Assembly (NCBI RefSeq): GCF_019972135.1
Contig: NZ_BPFI01000001.1
Span: forward strand, 43,106-107,105
Length of the DNA: 64,000 bases
Direction: 5' to 3'
DNA from: Sulfurovum sp. TSL1
Lineage (GTDB): Bacteria; Campylobacterota; Campylobacteria; Campylobacterales; Sulfurovaceae
Below the pieces are notes generated by a model. It made no database searches, was not told the origin of the DNA, and saw only the letters and a list, made by a program, of their open reading frames with translations. The position numbers were made by a program, and so were the translations under genes. Every line of letters starts with the position of its first letter. The first letter of the stretch is position 1. Positions 20,336-30,039 of the stretch are shown one piece after another.

Positions 20336-21655
20336 ATGTACGACATTCTTTATATCGGCGGTGGTCTGAACTATGCAGGGGCCATTGTGGCTTCGAAAGA
20401 GGGGTTTAAAGTGGCGCTGGTCGAAACTTCACTGGGGCATTTGGGTGGTACCTGTCTGTATGAAGGGTGTATCCCTTCTAAAATGTTCTTGCATCATGCC
20501 AATACCGTACGTCAAAGTAAAGAGAGTGTGTTTACAGGGAAACTCGTACTGGATATGCCGACACTGACAGCCCAAAAAGATGAGCTCATCGCCAGTGCAT
20601 CCGAATCCATAAGGGCACAATGCAAAGATGTGGAGCTGATCGAAGGTAAAGGCAAGCTCATCGCACCGCACAAAGTGGAGGTGGAAGGGAAGATCTATGA
20701 AGCAGAGCATATTGTCATAGGGACAGGGTCTTCTCCTTTCATACCAGAAGGTATAGCGTATGACGGAAAGGCGATCATCACCAGCACAGAGCTGCTTGAT
20801 CTGCAGAAACTGCCTGACAATATAGCCATCTACGGGGTTGGTGCCATCGGTTTGGAGATGGCCAGTTTCTTTGCATCTGCAGGTGTAGAGGTGACACTAC
20901 TCTCCCGTCATGAAAGGCTCTTGGGCCATGCACATCCGATGATACAAGAGGCCATGGCCAAAGAGCTTGAAAAGCAGGGGATCACCTATCTGACTGGCCA
21001 TGCCGTTTCCAAAGCTGAAGCTACAAACAGAGGCGTACATATCACTTTTGAGAATGGCACATCGGGCGAGTATGAGCAGATGCTTGTTGCTACCGGACGT
21101 CAGCCCAATACGGATGTGGTCGCAACCGATGAGATCGCTGTAAAGAGAGGGATAGAGACAGATGATTTTTTTCAAACGAGTCTAAAAAAACATTTTGCGA
21201 TCGGTGACTGTAACGGAAAAATACAACTGGCCCATGCGGCAAGAGCCCAAGCTTTGAACGTGACGATGCGGATCATGGGCAAAAAACCACAGAAACTGAA
21301 CCTTGATCATGTGGTAAGGTTCATACATACCTTGCCTATGAGTTATGCAACCGTGGGACAAAACAGACAGAGACTCGAAGAAAAAGGCATAGAGTTTCAA
21401 GAGAGTAGCGTCATGCTGAGCCAATTTAAACCTGCTGCATTCCACCAGGCGGGGAACGGTGTAATGGTCGTCTATGCAGATACGTCAGGGCTCATACTGG
21501 GTGCAGAGATCTTTGCCCCTAATGCCGAAGAGCTCATTCCACCTGTGGCTATGGCCCTTGCAGGCGGGATGACGGTTTCGATGGCACAGCAGACCATTAT
21601 GGCGCATCCTACGTTTTCTGAAGCACTCGAAAGGAGTTATTTCAGAATAGGATGA
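20336..21655 (+). CDS. Class I pyridine nucleotide-disulfide oxidoreductase, dihydrolipoyl dehydrogenase-like
   Basis: GGGLNYAG FAD-binding motif, redox-active GGTCLYEGCIPSK disulfide, C-terminal HAHPTFSEAL dimerisation motif. Confidence 0.7.
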   Translation: MYDILYIGGGLNYAGAIVASKEGFKVALVETSLGHLGGTCLYEGCIPSKMFLHHANTVRQSKESVFTGKLVLDMPTLTAQKDELIASASESIRAQCKDVELIEGKGKLIAPHKVEVEGKIYEAEHIVIGTGSSPFIPEGIAYDGKAIITSTELLDLQKLPDNIAIYGVGAIGLEMASFFASAGVEVTLLSRHERLLGHAHPMIQEAMAKELEKQGITYLTGHAVSKAEATNRGVHITFENGTSGEYEQMLVATGRQPNTDVVATDEIAVKRGIETDDFFQTSLKKHFAIGDCNGKIQLAHAARAQALNVTMRIMGKKPQKLNLDHVVRFIHTLPMSYATVGQNRQRLEEKGIEFQESSVMLSQFKPAAFHQAGNGVMVVYADTSGLILGAEIFAPNAEELIPPVAMALAGGMTVSMAQQTIMAHPTFSEALERSYFRIG

Positions 21656-21667
21656 AAAAGCAAAGCA

Positions 21668-22285
21668 TTACAACCCCTTCATCACAATTTCAAAGAGGTA
21701 GTCCACTTCATGATCTTCCAGGAACACTGTTTTTTTACTCTTAAAAAAGTCCAGTACTTTTTTGGTAGGCAGTGCAGGTGTGTAGATACATACCGGGTGT
21801 GCCGGGATGAACGACTGCATGAGGGCGATCTCTTCTTCTATACGGGTTTCACAGATATAGCAGTGTTCATCATGATGCAGTCTGCCTTCATGTTCGAGCA
21901 GTGTGATGTAAGATTCACAGACGATACGTTTAGGATTCTGTTTATCCCATTTTTTGGCTGCAGAGAGAAGAAGATCGAAGTAAAATGAGTCTATCTCTTC
22001 TGCATCTTTGAGATGCGGTTCAAAGCGTTTGATAAAATTGTGCCAGATCAGAAGTCTGTTTTTGTCAAAGAGCCAGGGAAAGCCCATATGTGAGAGTGAG
22101 CGCAGTCTGGGAAGAAAACTGCCCCCTTCACCTTCCACTTCGAAATCTATCAGGTTGCCAAGCTGTAAAATGGAGTGTCGTGCACCAAAAAAACGGTAAT
22201 AGGTTCTTACTTCCGTAGGACTCAGCACAAGTGCTATGGTGTCTTCATTTTTTGCTTTTCTGACAGACAGTATAAAACCTTTGAT
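21668..22285 (-). CDS. recO: DNA repair protein RecO (apparent non-ATG start)
   Basis: N-terminal OB-fold consensus (IKGFILSVRKAKNEDTIALVLSPTEVRTYYRFFGARHS) and C-terminal Cys/His cluster. The in-frame region upstream of the tracked GTG has no ATG. An ATC codon at 22283-22285 has AAAGGA 6 nt upstream. Confidence 0.55.
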   Translation of the reverse strand: MKGFILSVRKAKNEDTIALVLSPTEVRTYYRFFGARHSILQLGNLIDFEVEGEGGSFLPRLRSLSHMGFPWLFDKNRLLIWHNFIKRFEPHLKDAEEIDSFYFDLLLSAAKKWDKQNPKRIVCESYITLLEHEGRLHHDEHCYICETRIEEEIALMQSFIPAHPVCIYTPALPTKKVLDFFKSKKTVFLEDHEVDYLFEIVMKGL

Positions 22286-22303
22286 GGTAATTCCTTTAAT
22301 TTT

Positions 22304-22322
22304 TTGCCTAAATTATAGGCAA
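22304..22322. promoter_or_regulatory. 19-bp palindrome TTGCCTAAATTATAGGCAA immediately upstream of recO start; candidate operator or hairpin
   Basis: Perfect 7-bp arms (TTGCCTA/TAGGCAA) seen directly in the recO/gltB divergent intergenic region. Confidence 0.3.
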
Positions 22323-22462
22323 AAGCATGTTAAAATATCCAAATATCGCCCTTTGTAGGGTAGAGTTGGTAAACTAAGCTTAACAACCTTTTGGCTATAA
22401 TCCCTCCAATTACGAGGAGCACTGTATGATGCTCCGATGATATTATTTTTAAGGTTGGTATT

Positions 22463-25400
22463 ATGCAAGATTTATTTACTTCTTTTAAGGATAACTGTGG
22501 ATTTGGGCTTTTAGCATCTATCGACAATACTCCGTCACACAAAAACTTAGAAGATGCCATTACTTCATTATCACGTATGATGCATAGAGGGGCTATTGCA
22601 GCAGATGGTAAGACAGGAGACGGTTCAGGTCTTTTGCTTTCTCTTCCTAAATCATTTTTCAACAAAGAAGCAGTAGCTCATGGAGTAGAATTACCTGAGA
22701 CGTATGCGGTAGCGATGGTTTTTTCAAACAATGAAACAGATTTTGATGTGATCACCAGAGTATGTGAGAACAATGACCTTAAAGTGCTTTATACGCGTAC
22801 AGTACCTGTAGATAGCAATGCACTGGGTGAACAGGCACTTATATCACTTCCTCGGATCAAACAAGTATTTGTTGCACCTGAATCTGCTGTGGCTGCAAAT
22901 AGATTTGAGGCATTGGTCTATCTTTCCCGTAAAGAGATAGAAGCTGAGCTCATAGAAGACCCAACCTTCTACATTCCATCATTTTCAACATCAGTGATCT
23001 CTTACAAGGGACTGGTGATGCCTACGCACATTAAAGAGTTTTATAAAGATCTTGACAATAAAGATTTTGAAATTTCATTTTGTCTTTTCCACCAACGTTT
23101 CTCGACCAATACACTTCCTCAGTGGAAGCTGGCACAGCCTTTCAGAATGATAGCTCACAACGGTGAGATCAACTCTGTCACTGCCAACAGATTTAACGTG
23201 GCAGCAAAAATGGCTGCAGTCAAATCAGAGGTGTTTACGGATGAAGAGATGACAAGACTTACGAATGTCATACAAAATGATATGAGTGACTCGGCAAGTT
23301 TAGATAACTTCATGGAGTTTTTGCGTGTGAATGGTGTAGACTTTTTTAAAGCAGCACGTTCTTTGATCCCTGCACCTTGGCATAATGCACCACATATGGA
23401 TTCTGATCTTAGAGCATTTTATGAGTATGCAAGTACCTGTTTTGAACCTTGGGACGGACCTGCAGCGGTCAGTATGACAGATGGACGTTATATTGGTTGT
23501 GTTTTAGACAGAAACGGATTGAGACCTTCAAAATATATCAGAACCAAAGACAACAGACTGCTTATCTCTTCTGAGTATGGTGTACTGCAGATCCCTGAAG
23601 AGGATATTGCTGAAAGAGGAAGACTTCAGTCGGGTGAAATGATGGGGATAGATCTCAAGCACGGAAAAGTACTTAAAACCGGTGACATCGATGACTATAT
23701 CAAAGCGGCCTATCCTTATAACAAATGGCTGAATCAAAATATGAGTTATCTGCAGGAGCATGTACCCAATACTGAAGTGCCGAAATCTTCGATCGAGTAT
23801 GGCAATATGGAAGAGAGACAGCGTTACTTTAATTATACGCTTGAAGTACTCAGAGAAGTGATCAAACCTATGATCGCTGAAGGCAAAGAGACAACAGGTG
23901 CCATGGGTGACGATACTCCTATCGCAGCTTTCTCAACAGAACAGCGAAATTTTACGGATTTCTTCAAACAAAAATTTGCACAGGTTACCAATCCTCCTAT
24001 CGACCCGATCCGTGAAAAAACGGTTATGAGCCTCAATACAGGTTTTGGTGAAGTCAGAAACGTGCTTGCAGATGATGCAGAACATGCAAAGAGATTGAAA
24101 ACAGTACTTCCAATGATGTCTGCGGAAAAATTTCATATTCTTCAGGAGTTTGGAGATGAGGACAATGAGAAGTACGATCCTGCTTACAAAGTAGGAAAAT
24201 ATGATACAACTTATACGACAGACCTCAAAGCGAGTCTGGATACCCTTGTTCAAAAGGTTATCACAGATGTCAGAGACAACGGTATAAGAACTATTATCCT
24301 GGATGACAGAAACCTTGATCAAGATACTAAAGTCATTCCAATGCTTATGGTGATAGGACGTTTGAGTCAAGAACTTTTAAATGCAAAACTCAGACACTTG
24401 ACCAGTATGGTGGCTGCCACAGGTGAAGTATTTGACCCACACTCTGCAGCAACCATGATCGCATTTGGTGCAGCGGCTATCTTCCCTTATCTACTTTACT
24501 ATACAGTAGCGGAGCTTCATGAAGGTGATGAAGATATTCAAGTAGTTCTTAAAAGATTCAGAAGAGCGATGGGTGCAGGACTGATGAAGATCATGTCAAA
24601 GATGGGGATCTCAACACTCTCTTCTTACCGAAACTCAAGACTCTTTGATGTGATCGGGTTGAGTCAAGAAATTGTACAAGATTGTTTTAGCGGTACAAAA
24701 GGACTTTTACCTGGTCTTGACTATGCAGATATCGATGCACGTCTTACGGCTAATCATCAACGTGCTTTTACTTCTGATTTTGAAGGTCAGAAAAATGTAC
24801 TCTACAAAGGCGGATACTATAAATATAAAAAAGGTGAAGAGTTCCATGACTTCTCACGTCCGACCATCGCTGCGATGCAAAAAGCCTCAGAAAGCGGCAA
24901 AGCTGAAGATTATGCAGAGGTAAAGAAGCTTGTCAATGGTCGTGACAAAAAATTCATACGTGATTTCTATGAACTAAAAAGTGACAGGGAACCGATCAGC
25001 ATCGATGAAGTAGAGCCGCTCAGTGAGATATTTAAACGTTTCTCAACCGCTGCAATGTCTATGGGGTCTATTTCTCAAGAGGCACATGAGACACTTGCTG
25101 TTGCTATGAACACTATCGGTGGTAAATCCAACTCAGGTGAGGGAGGAGAGTCCCCTTCCCGTTATGGTACAGAGAAGAACTCTGCCATTAAACAAGTGGC
25201 ATCAGGACGTTTTGGTGTAACACCGGAGTACTTAAGATCTGCGACAGAACTTCAGATCAAAGTGGCACAGGGAGCAAAGCCGGGTGAAGGCGGACAGCTT
25301 CCGGGAAGCAAAGTAAGCCCGCTGATCGCGGAACTTAGATTTACAAAGCCGGGGGTGACATTGATTTCACCACCGCCTCACCATGACATTTATTCTATTG

Positions 25401-26878
25401 AAGATCTGGCACAGCTTATTTTTGATTTGAAACAGGTCAATCCGAATGCAAAAGTGGCAGTAAAACTTGTTTCTACTGCCGGTGTAGGGACCATTGCCGC
25501 AGGTGTTGCAAAAGCCTATGCAGATAAGATTATTATTTCTGGTAGTGATGGTGGTACAGGTGCTGCACCTATTGGTTCTATCAGGTTTGCAGGTAACCCT
25601 TGGGAGCTTGGACTGATAGAGGCGCATAATGCACTCAAAGCTAACAACCTGAGAGGTCAAGTAACAGTTGAGACAGACGGTGGACTCAAAACCGGACTGG
25701 ATGTTGTAAAGGCAGCGATACTCGGTGCTGAACAGTATGCATTTGGTACAGGCGCCTTGGTCCTTGTCGGGTGTATTATGCTAAGAGTATGTCACCTTAA
25801 TACCTGTGGTGTAGGTGTAGCTACACAGGATGAACACTTACGTAAACGATTTACGGGTAATGTGCAAAAGGTGATTAATTACTTTACGCTTATGGCGGAA
25901 GAAGTGAGAGAGATCCTTGCAGAACTTGGATATCGATCTCTTGAAGAGATTATTGGGCAAAATCACTTACTTGAAGTCATAGATGATGCATTTGCCAAGA
26001 AGTTTAACTTTGAAGAGTTACTATATAAACTTGATGGCGTCAATACATGCCAAGTGCCGTTTAACGAACCATATGATCAGAATGAATTTGAAAAAGAGAT
26101 CATTGAAGAGCTTAGAGCAACGATCGAAGATCCATCTACGCCTATCGTGATCAATAGAAAGATCACAAACCTGAACAGAAGTTTTGCTACAAGAATTTCT
26201 GGTGAGATAGCTGCAATTCACGGAAATGCAGGATTACCTGATGGTACGATCACGCTTAATATGAAAGGTACCACAGGACAATCTCTCGGTGCATTCATGT
26301 CTAAGGGTATCAATATTAATGTTGATGGTGCCGGTAATGACTATATCGGTAAAGGTATGAACGGCGGTCAAATCGTTATTAGTGCTGATAATGCGGGTAG
26401 TGAATTTGCACTTGGCGGTAACACTTGTCTGTACGGTGCAACGGGCGGAACACTGTATGTGCATGGTAAAGTAGGTGAACGTTTTGGTGTTCGTAACTCC
26501 GGTGCTACAACAGTGGTAGAAGGTACAGGAGACCACCCTTGTGAATATATGACAGGCGGTACAGCGGTCATTCTTGGAAAAACTGGTGTGAACTTCGGTG
26601 CAGGTATGACAGGTGGTAAAGCATTTGTCTATGATACCGAAGGCGGGTTCTATGAAAAAGTGAATCTGGAGCTTGTTGAACCGCTCCGTATCGATACGGA
26701 TGAATGGGATACTGAAATGTTTGAGCTGAAAGCGCTTCTTAAAGATTATGCAGAAAAAACAGGATCCAAGAGAGCAGCACACATTTTAGAGAATTTCAGA
26801 ACTGAGATCAGAAAGTTCTGGATGGTTGCACCAAGAGGTGTAAAACCAACAATAGCAGCCGAAAAAAGAGGCGAGTAA
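22463..26878 (+). CDS. gltB: Glutamate synthase large subunit
   Basis: 1471 aa. N-terminal Ntn amidotransferase Cys (MQDLFTSFKDNCGFGL), central FMN/Fe-S domain, C-terminal GXGXG beta-helix domain. Confidence 0.9.
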   Translation: MQDLFTSFKDNCGFGLLASIDNTPSHKNLEDAITSLSRMMHRGAIAADGKTGDGSGLLLSLPKSFFNKEAVAHGVELPETYAVAMVFSNNETDFDVITRVCENNDLKVLYTRTVPVDSNALGEQALISLPRIKQVFVAPESAVAANRFEALVYLSRKEIEAELIEDPTFYIPSFSTSVISYKGLVMPTHIKEFYKDLDNKDFEISFCLFHQRFSTNTLPQWKLAQPFRMIAHNGEINSVTANRFNVAAKMAAVKSEVFTDEEMTRLTNVIQNDMSDSASLDNFMEFLRVNGVDFFKAARSLIPAPWHNAPHMDSDLRAFYEYASTCFEPWDGPAAVSMTDGRYIGCVLDRNGLRPSKYIRTKDNRLLISSEYGVLQIPEEDIAERGRLQSGEMMGIDLKHGKVLKTGDIDDYIKAAYPYNKWLNQNMSYLQEHVPNTEVPKSSIEYGNMEERQRYFNYTLEVLREVIKPMIAEGKETTGAMGDDTPIAAFSTEQRNFTDFFKQKFAQVTNPPIDPIREKTVMSLNTGFGEVRNVLADDAEHAKRLKTVLPMMSAEKFHILQEFGDEDNEKYDPAYKVGKYDTTYTTDLKASLDTLVQKVITDVRDNGIRTIILDDRNLDQDTKVIPMLMVIGRLSQELLNAKLRHLTSMVAATGEVFDPHSAATMIAFGAAAIFPYLLYYTVAELHEGDEDIQVVLKRFRRAMGAGLMKIMSKMGISTLSSYRNSRLFDVIGLSQEIVQDCFSGTKGLLPGLDYADIDARLTANHQRAFTSDFEGQKNVLYKGGYYKYKKGEEFHDFSRPTIAAMQKASESGKAEDYAEVKKLVNGRDKKFIRDFYELKSDREPISIDEVEPLSEIFKRFSTAAMSMGSISQEAHETLAVAMNTIGGKSNSGEGGESPSRYGTEKNSAIKQVASGRFGVTPEYLRSATELQIKVAQGAKPGEGGQLPGSKVSPLIAELRFTKPGVTLISPPPHHDIYSIEDLAQLIFDLKQVNPNAKVAVKLVSTAGVGTIAAGVAKAYADKIIISGSDGGTGAAPIGSIRFAGNPWELGLIEAHNALKANNLRGQVTVETDGGLKTGLDVVKAAILGAEQYAFGTGALVLVGCIMLRVCHLNTCGVGVATQDEHLRKRFTGNVQKVINYFTLMAEEVREILAELGYRSLEEIIGQNHLLEVIDDAFAKKFNFEELLYKLDGVNTCQVPFNEPYDQNEFEKEIIEELRATIEDPSTPIVINRKITNLNRSFATRISGEIAAIHGNAGLPDGTITLNMKGTTGQSLGAFMSKGININVDGAGNDYIGKGMNGGQIVISADNAGSEFALGGNTCLYGATGGTLYVHGKVGERFGVRNSGATTVVEGTGDHPCEYMTGGTAVILGKTGVNFGAGMTGGKAFVYDTEGGFYEKVNLELVEPLRIDTDEWDTEMFELKALLKDYAEKTGSKRAAHILENFRTEIRKFWMVAPRGVKPTIAAEKRGE

Positions 26879-26887
26879 AATAAAAGT

Positions 26888-27613
26888 ATGACTGACTTTA
26901 TCAAAGCCTGCATCAAAGCTAACGAAGAGATAGCAAGTGCATGCAAAGACGGCTTTGATACTTCCTGGTTTGAAAAGACCGAAGTGGGTGCAGGTGGTGA
27001 CGTGAGTTCTAAACTTGATCTTTTTGCCGAAGAGATATTTGTAAAGCACTTAAGTGTTTTTGGACAGATAGAGTCTGAAGAGAGCGGTATCATAGGTGAG
27101 GGTGAAGAACAGATCATCATAGATCCCATAGACGGCTCGGCCAATGCTCTTTCCCTTTTTCCCTTTTACGGTACCTCTGTTGCAAAAGTGAACGCTGAAG
27201 GTATTTTGGATGCTGCAGTGGTCTGTAATCTTGCCAACAGGGATATCTTTTTCAAGTCTTCTACGAGTCAAGTACAACAGGGCAAACTTTTTTCAGATAC
27301 ATTTCATGACCCGCATAGCAGTGAAAAGGCTGAAATAGGACTTTTTGAAAAGGCATATGCCAACCCGGGGTTGGTTGCATTATTGGACCAAGAGAAGTTG
27401 AAGTTCAGATCTCCTGGGGCTATAGCCCTCTCATTGGCGTATGCCCATACGGTGAGTTATGTACTTTTTATGGGGGAGTTTCGAATTTACGATTTTGCCG
27501 CAGGTTTAGCACTTTGTGAAGGCTTAGAAGTAATTGTTGAGGCGGATTATGTTATAGTATCGAAAGAAAAAAGCATAGCCAAGAAAATAGAATCATTAAT
27601 AGATCAATTATAG
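26888..27613 (+). CDS. Inositol monophosphatase family protein (IMPase/CysQ-like)
   Basis: EE...IIIDPIDGSANA metal-binding motif and YDFAAG (WDxAAG-like) motif. Confidence 0.6.
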   Translation: MTDFIKACIKANEEIASACKDGFDTSWFEKTEVGAGGDVSSKLDLFAEEIFVKHLSVFGQIESEESGIIGEGEEQIIIDPIDGSANALSLFPFYGTSVAKVNAEGILDAAVVCNLANRDIFFKSSTSQVQQGKLFSDTFHDPHSSEKAEIGLFEKAYANPGLVALLDQEKLKFRSPGAIALSLAYAHTVSYVLFMGEFRIYDFAAGLALCEGLEVIVEADYVIVSKEKSIAKKIESLIDQL

Positions 27614-27629
27614 GCATGCAGGAGTAAGA

Positions 27630-28469
27630 ATGTTTGGAAATATTTTTAAAAAAGCCTCAACAGGATCAACACAAGAGACACTGAACCAGTGGATCAAATG
27701 TCCAAAATGTACCTCTTTGATGTATTATAAAGAGGTAGAAGCCAAGCAAAATGTATGTCCTAAATGTAACCATCACTTCCGAATCTCTGCTGAAAAGCGT
27801 ATAGCCTCTATTGTGGATGAAGGATCTTTTGTAGAATATGACGCTACTTTGGCACCTGTTGACCCCTTAAAGTTCTCAGATAAAAAGACGTACAAAAAAC
27901 GTATAGAAGAAGCCAAAGCGCAAACGGGTAAAACCTCTTCTGTTATGAGCGGTTCTTGTACGATCGGCGGTCAGCCCGTTGAGATCGCTGTATTCGATTT
28001 CTCATTTATGGGCGGTAGTTTAGGTTCAGTTGAAGGTGAAAAGATCGTCCGCGGTATCAACAGAGCGATAGAAAAAGAGTGTGGATTTATCATCGTTTCT
28101 GCTTCAGGTGGTGCACGTATGCAAGAGAGTACCTACTCGCTGCTTCAAATGAGTAAAACCTCCGCAGCACTTAACAGACTGCACCAGAAAGGTTTGCCTT
28201 TTATCTCTATTTTGACAGACCCTACGATGGGTGGTGTCTCTGCATCTTTTGCTATGCTGGGTGATATCATTATGGCCGAACCGGGTGCGCTTATAGGATT
28301 TGCAGGTCAAAGGGTGATCAAACAAACTGTAGGTGTGGATCTTCCTGAAGGTTTCCAGCGTTCAGAATTCCTGCTCGAACACGGACTCATCGATATGATC
28401 GTAGATCGTCCTGACATGCATCAAACACTTTCTGACCTGTTCAAACTTTTTAACAAGAGGGCAAGTTAA
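27630..28469 (+). CDS. accD: Acetyl-CoA carboxylase carboxyltransferase beta subunit
   Basis: N-terminal CPKC...CPKC zinc finger followed by a crotonase-like carboxyltransferase domain. ~280 aa. Confidence 0.85.
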   Translation: MFGNIFKKASTGSTQETLNQWIKCPKCTSLMYYKEVEAKQNVCPKCNHHFRISAEKRIASIVDEGSFVEYDATLAPVDPLKFSDKKTYKKRIEEAKAQTGKTSSVMSGSCTIGGQPVEIAVFDFSFMGGSLGSVEGEKIVRGINRAIEKECGFIIVSASGGARMQESTYSLLQMSKTSAALNRLHQKGLPFISILTDPTMGGVSASFAMLGDIIMAEPGALIGFAGQRVIKQTVGVDLPEGFQRSEFLLEHGLIDMIVDRPDMHQTLSDLFKLFNKRAS

Positions 28470-28478
28470 AATACACGT

Positions 28479-29048
28479 ATGATCTATGCACTGGTTGACA
28501 AAGAGACACTTAAGCAAAGGGGTGTCTCTTTACAAATACTTCTTCAACATATCTCTACCTTCCCCAATATACCTATACTGCAATACCGTAATAAATGGGC
28601 CACACTGGAAGAAAAAAAAGAAGATATGGAGATCATCCGGGCACACTATAATGGGATACTCATCATCAATGATACCATTGAACTGATCGATTATGCGGAC
28701 GGCTTACATCTCGGACAAGAAGATCTTCGGGAGTACAGTCATGATCTGAAAGAAGCCGTAAAGCTGGTACGTCAAAAGATAGGGACAAAGATCCTGGGAC
28801 TCTCAACACATGATAAAGAAGAGATACTGGAGGCAAATACTCTGGACCTTGACTATATAGGTTTAGGGGCCTACAGGGCCACGGCGACGAAAACTGAAGC
28901 CAATGTCGGAGGAGAAACACTCCTTGAGGCCGCTACATACTCCAAACATCCGGTGGGTATCATAGGCGGTGTACGTATGGATGATAGCTTTGAGACGCCT
29001 ATCGTCTATAAAGTAATAGGAAGCGGACTCTACAACGGCTTAAAGTAA
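28479..29048 (+). CDS. thiE: Thiamine-phosphate synthase (ThiE/TenI family)
   Basis: TIM-barrel TMP-TENI family pattern (YALVD..., HLGQEDL, GLGAY...). 189 aa. Confidence 0.65.
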   Translation: MIYALVDKETLKQRGVSLQILLQHISTFPNIPILQYRNKWATLEEKKEDMEIIRAHYNGILIINDTIELIDYADGLHLGQEDLREYSHDLKEAVKLVRQKIGTKILGLSTHDKEEILEANTLDLDYIGLGAYRATATKTEANVGGETLLEAATYSKHPVGIIGGVRMDDSFETPIVYKVIGSGLYNGLK

Positions 29049-29125
29049 TGGGCGAGAAATTTTTTTTCAAAGAGATACTTTTGGGTGTGCTTAATGTAAA
29101 GAAGAGAGCCTCCTAACCTAGTTAG

Positions 29126-29134
29126 TGATATAAT
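29126..29134 (+). promoter_or_regulatory. Extended -10 promoter element TGATATAAT upstream of hypothetical-gene cassette
   Basis: TGnTATAAT match 30 nt upstream of the ATG at 29164, in the 115-bp gap after thiE. Confidence 0.35.
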
Positions 29135-29163
29135 GCATTAAAAAAAGAAGTGAGAAGTAGACT

Positions 29164-29958
29164 ATGGCAGAAAAAGATGAGAATTATGCATTTCCATGGG
29201 GATTTCATTTAGGAGATCTACACAAAGGAAATGAGACTATTCCTTTATATACGCTCAGCAGTGACGGCGGATTTTGCCTCTTGTATGATCATGCCTCTGA
29301 AGCAAAAGCTGACAAGCTACTGGAGAGTCTTTGTTTGGAATTGCTCTCTACCATGCCCCATGAGAGTTTAAAGGTCGATCTTTTTGATTTTGGTAGAAAG
29401 AAGTTCTATAATCTTTCGCCCTTACAGTATGTTCAGCTCTATAGAACTGCATATGATACTAAGATGATGTCAGCACTTTTTGAGGAGCTTGAAGAGACCG
29501 TTATCTCCCGTCATAAAGAGTTACTGTGCTGCAACAGACCTACCATCAATGAACATAATCAAAAATCTAAACTGAAAAAGATGTATCATCTGGTATTGAT
29601 CAATTTGGAAAACTTCCCTACTGAAGAACTCGAATTAAGAAGAATCAAAAATTTTGTGGAATCAGCTGTCCAGGCGGGTGTCTATATCATTGCATTTGGG
29701 AATCAAAAGATAGAAGAGAATGAAAGTCAAACCATACAGACCATTTTGGAGCATTTTAAGAAGCTAAGAGTCACAGAAGGCGAGTTTGACATTACCAAAG
29801 AGATCTTTGAATTTGTTGAACTTCTGGAAGATCATGATTTTAAGTCACTGGATCTTGATAAAGGTTCTCTCATGCAGAAAACTCTTACCAATGCAGACAT
29901 TGAAGGTCTCATCAACCCCGAGAATATCAAACTAGAAGAGAATACAAAAGTCAAATAA
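29164..29958 (+). CDS. Hypothetical protein (264 aa, no recognisable motif)
   Basis: Clean ORF with its own promoter-like element. Alternating hydrophobic strand-like segments (MYHLVLINLENF, GVYIIAFGNQ) but no Walker A. Confidence 0.4.
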   Translation: MAEKDENYAFPWGFHLGDLHKGNETIPLYTLSSDGGFCLLYDHASEAKADKLLESLCLELLSTMPHESLKVDLFDFGRKKFYNLSPLQYVQLYRTAYDTKMMSALFEELEETVISRHKELLCCNRPTINEHNQKSKLKKMYHLVLINLENFPTEELELRRIKNFVESAVQAGVYIIAFGNQKIEENESQTIQTILEHFKKLRVTEGEFDITKEIFEFVELLEDHDFKSLDLDKGSLMQKTLTNADIEGLINPENIKLEENTKVK

Positions 29959-30039
29959 CAGGTTTCTTTGTGTCGGTTGATAGATACTGATACAAAGAGA
30001 TAATAGATAAATGAGCTTTAAAACAGGAGTAGCGTAACG

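Noticed and set aside
26234-27144. Antisense ORFs of 182 aa and 132 aa inside the 3' end of gltB
   Set aside because: They lie entirely within a highly confident 1471-aa coding sequence on the opposite strand. Their Cys/Thr-rich low-complexity translations are typical of antisense frames of GC-skewed codons. No SD or start context.
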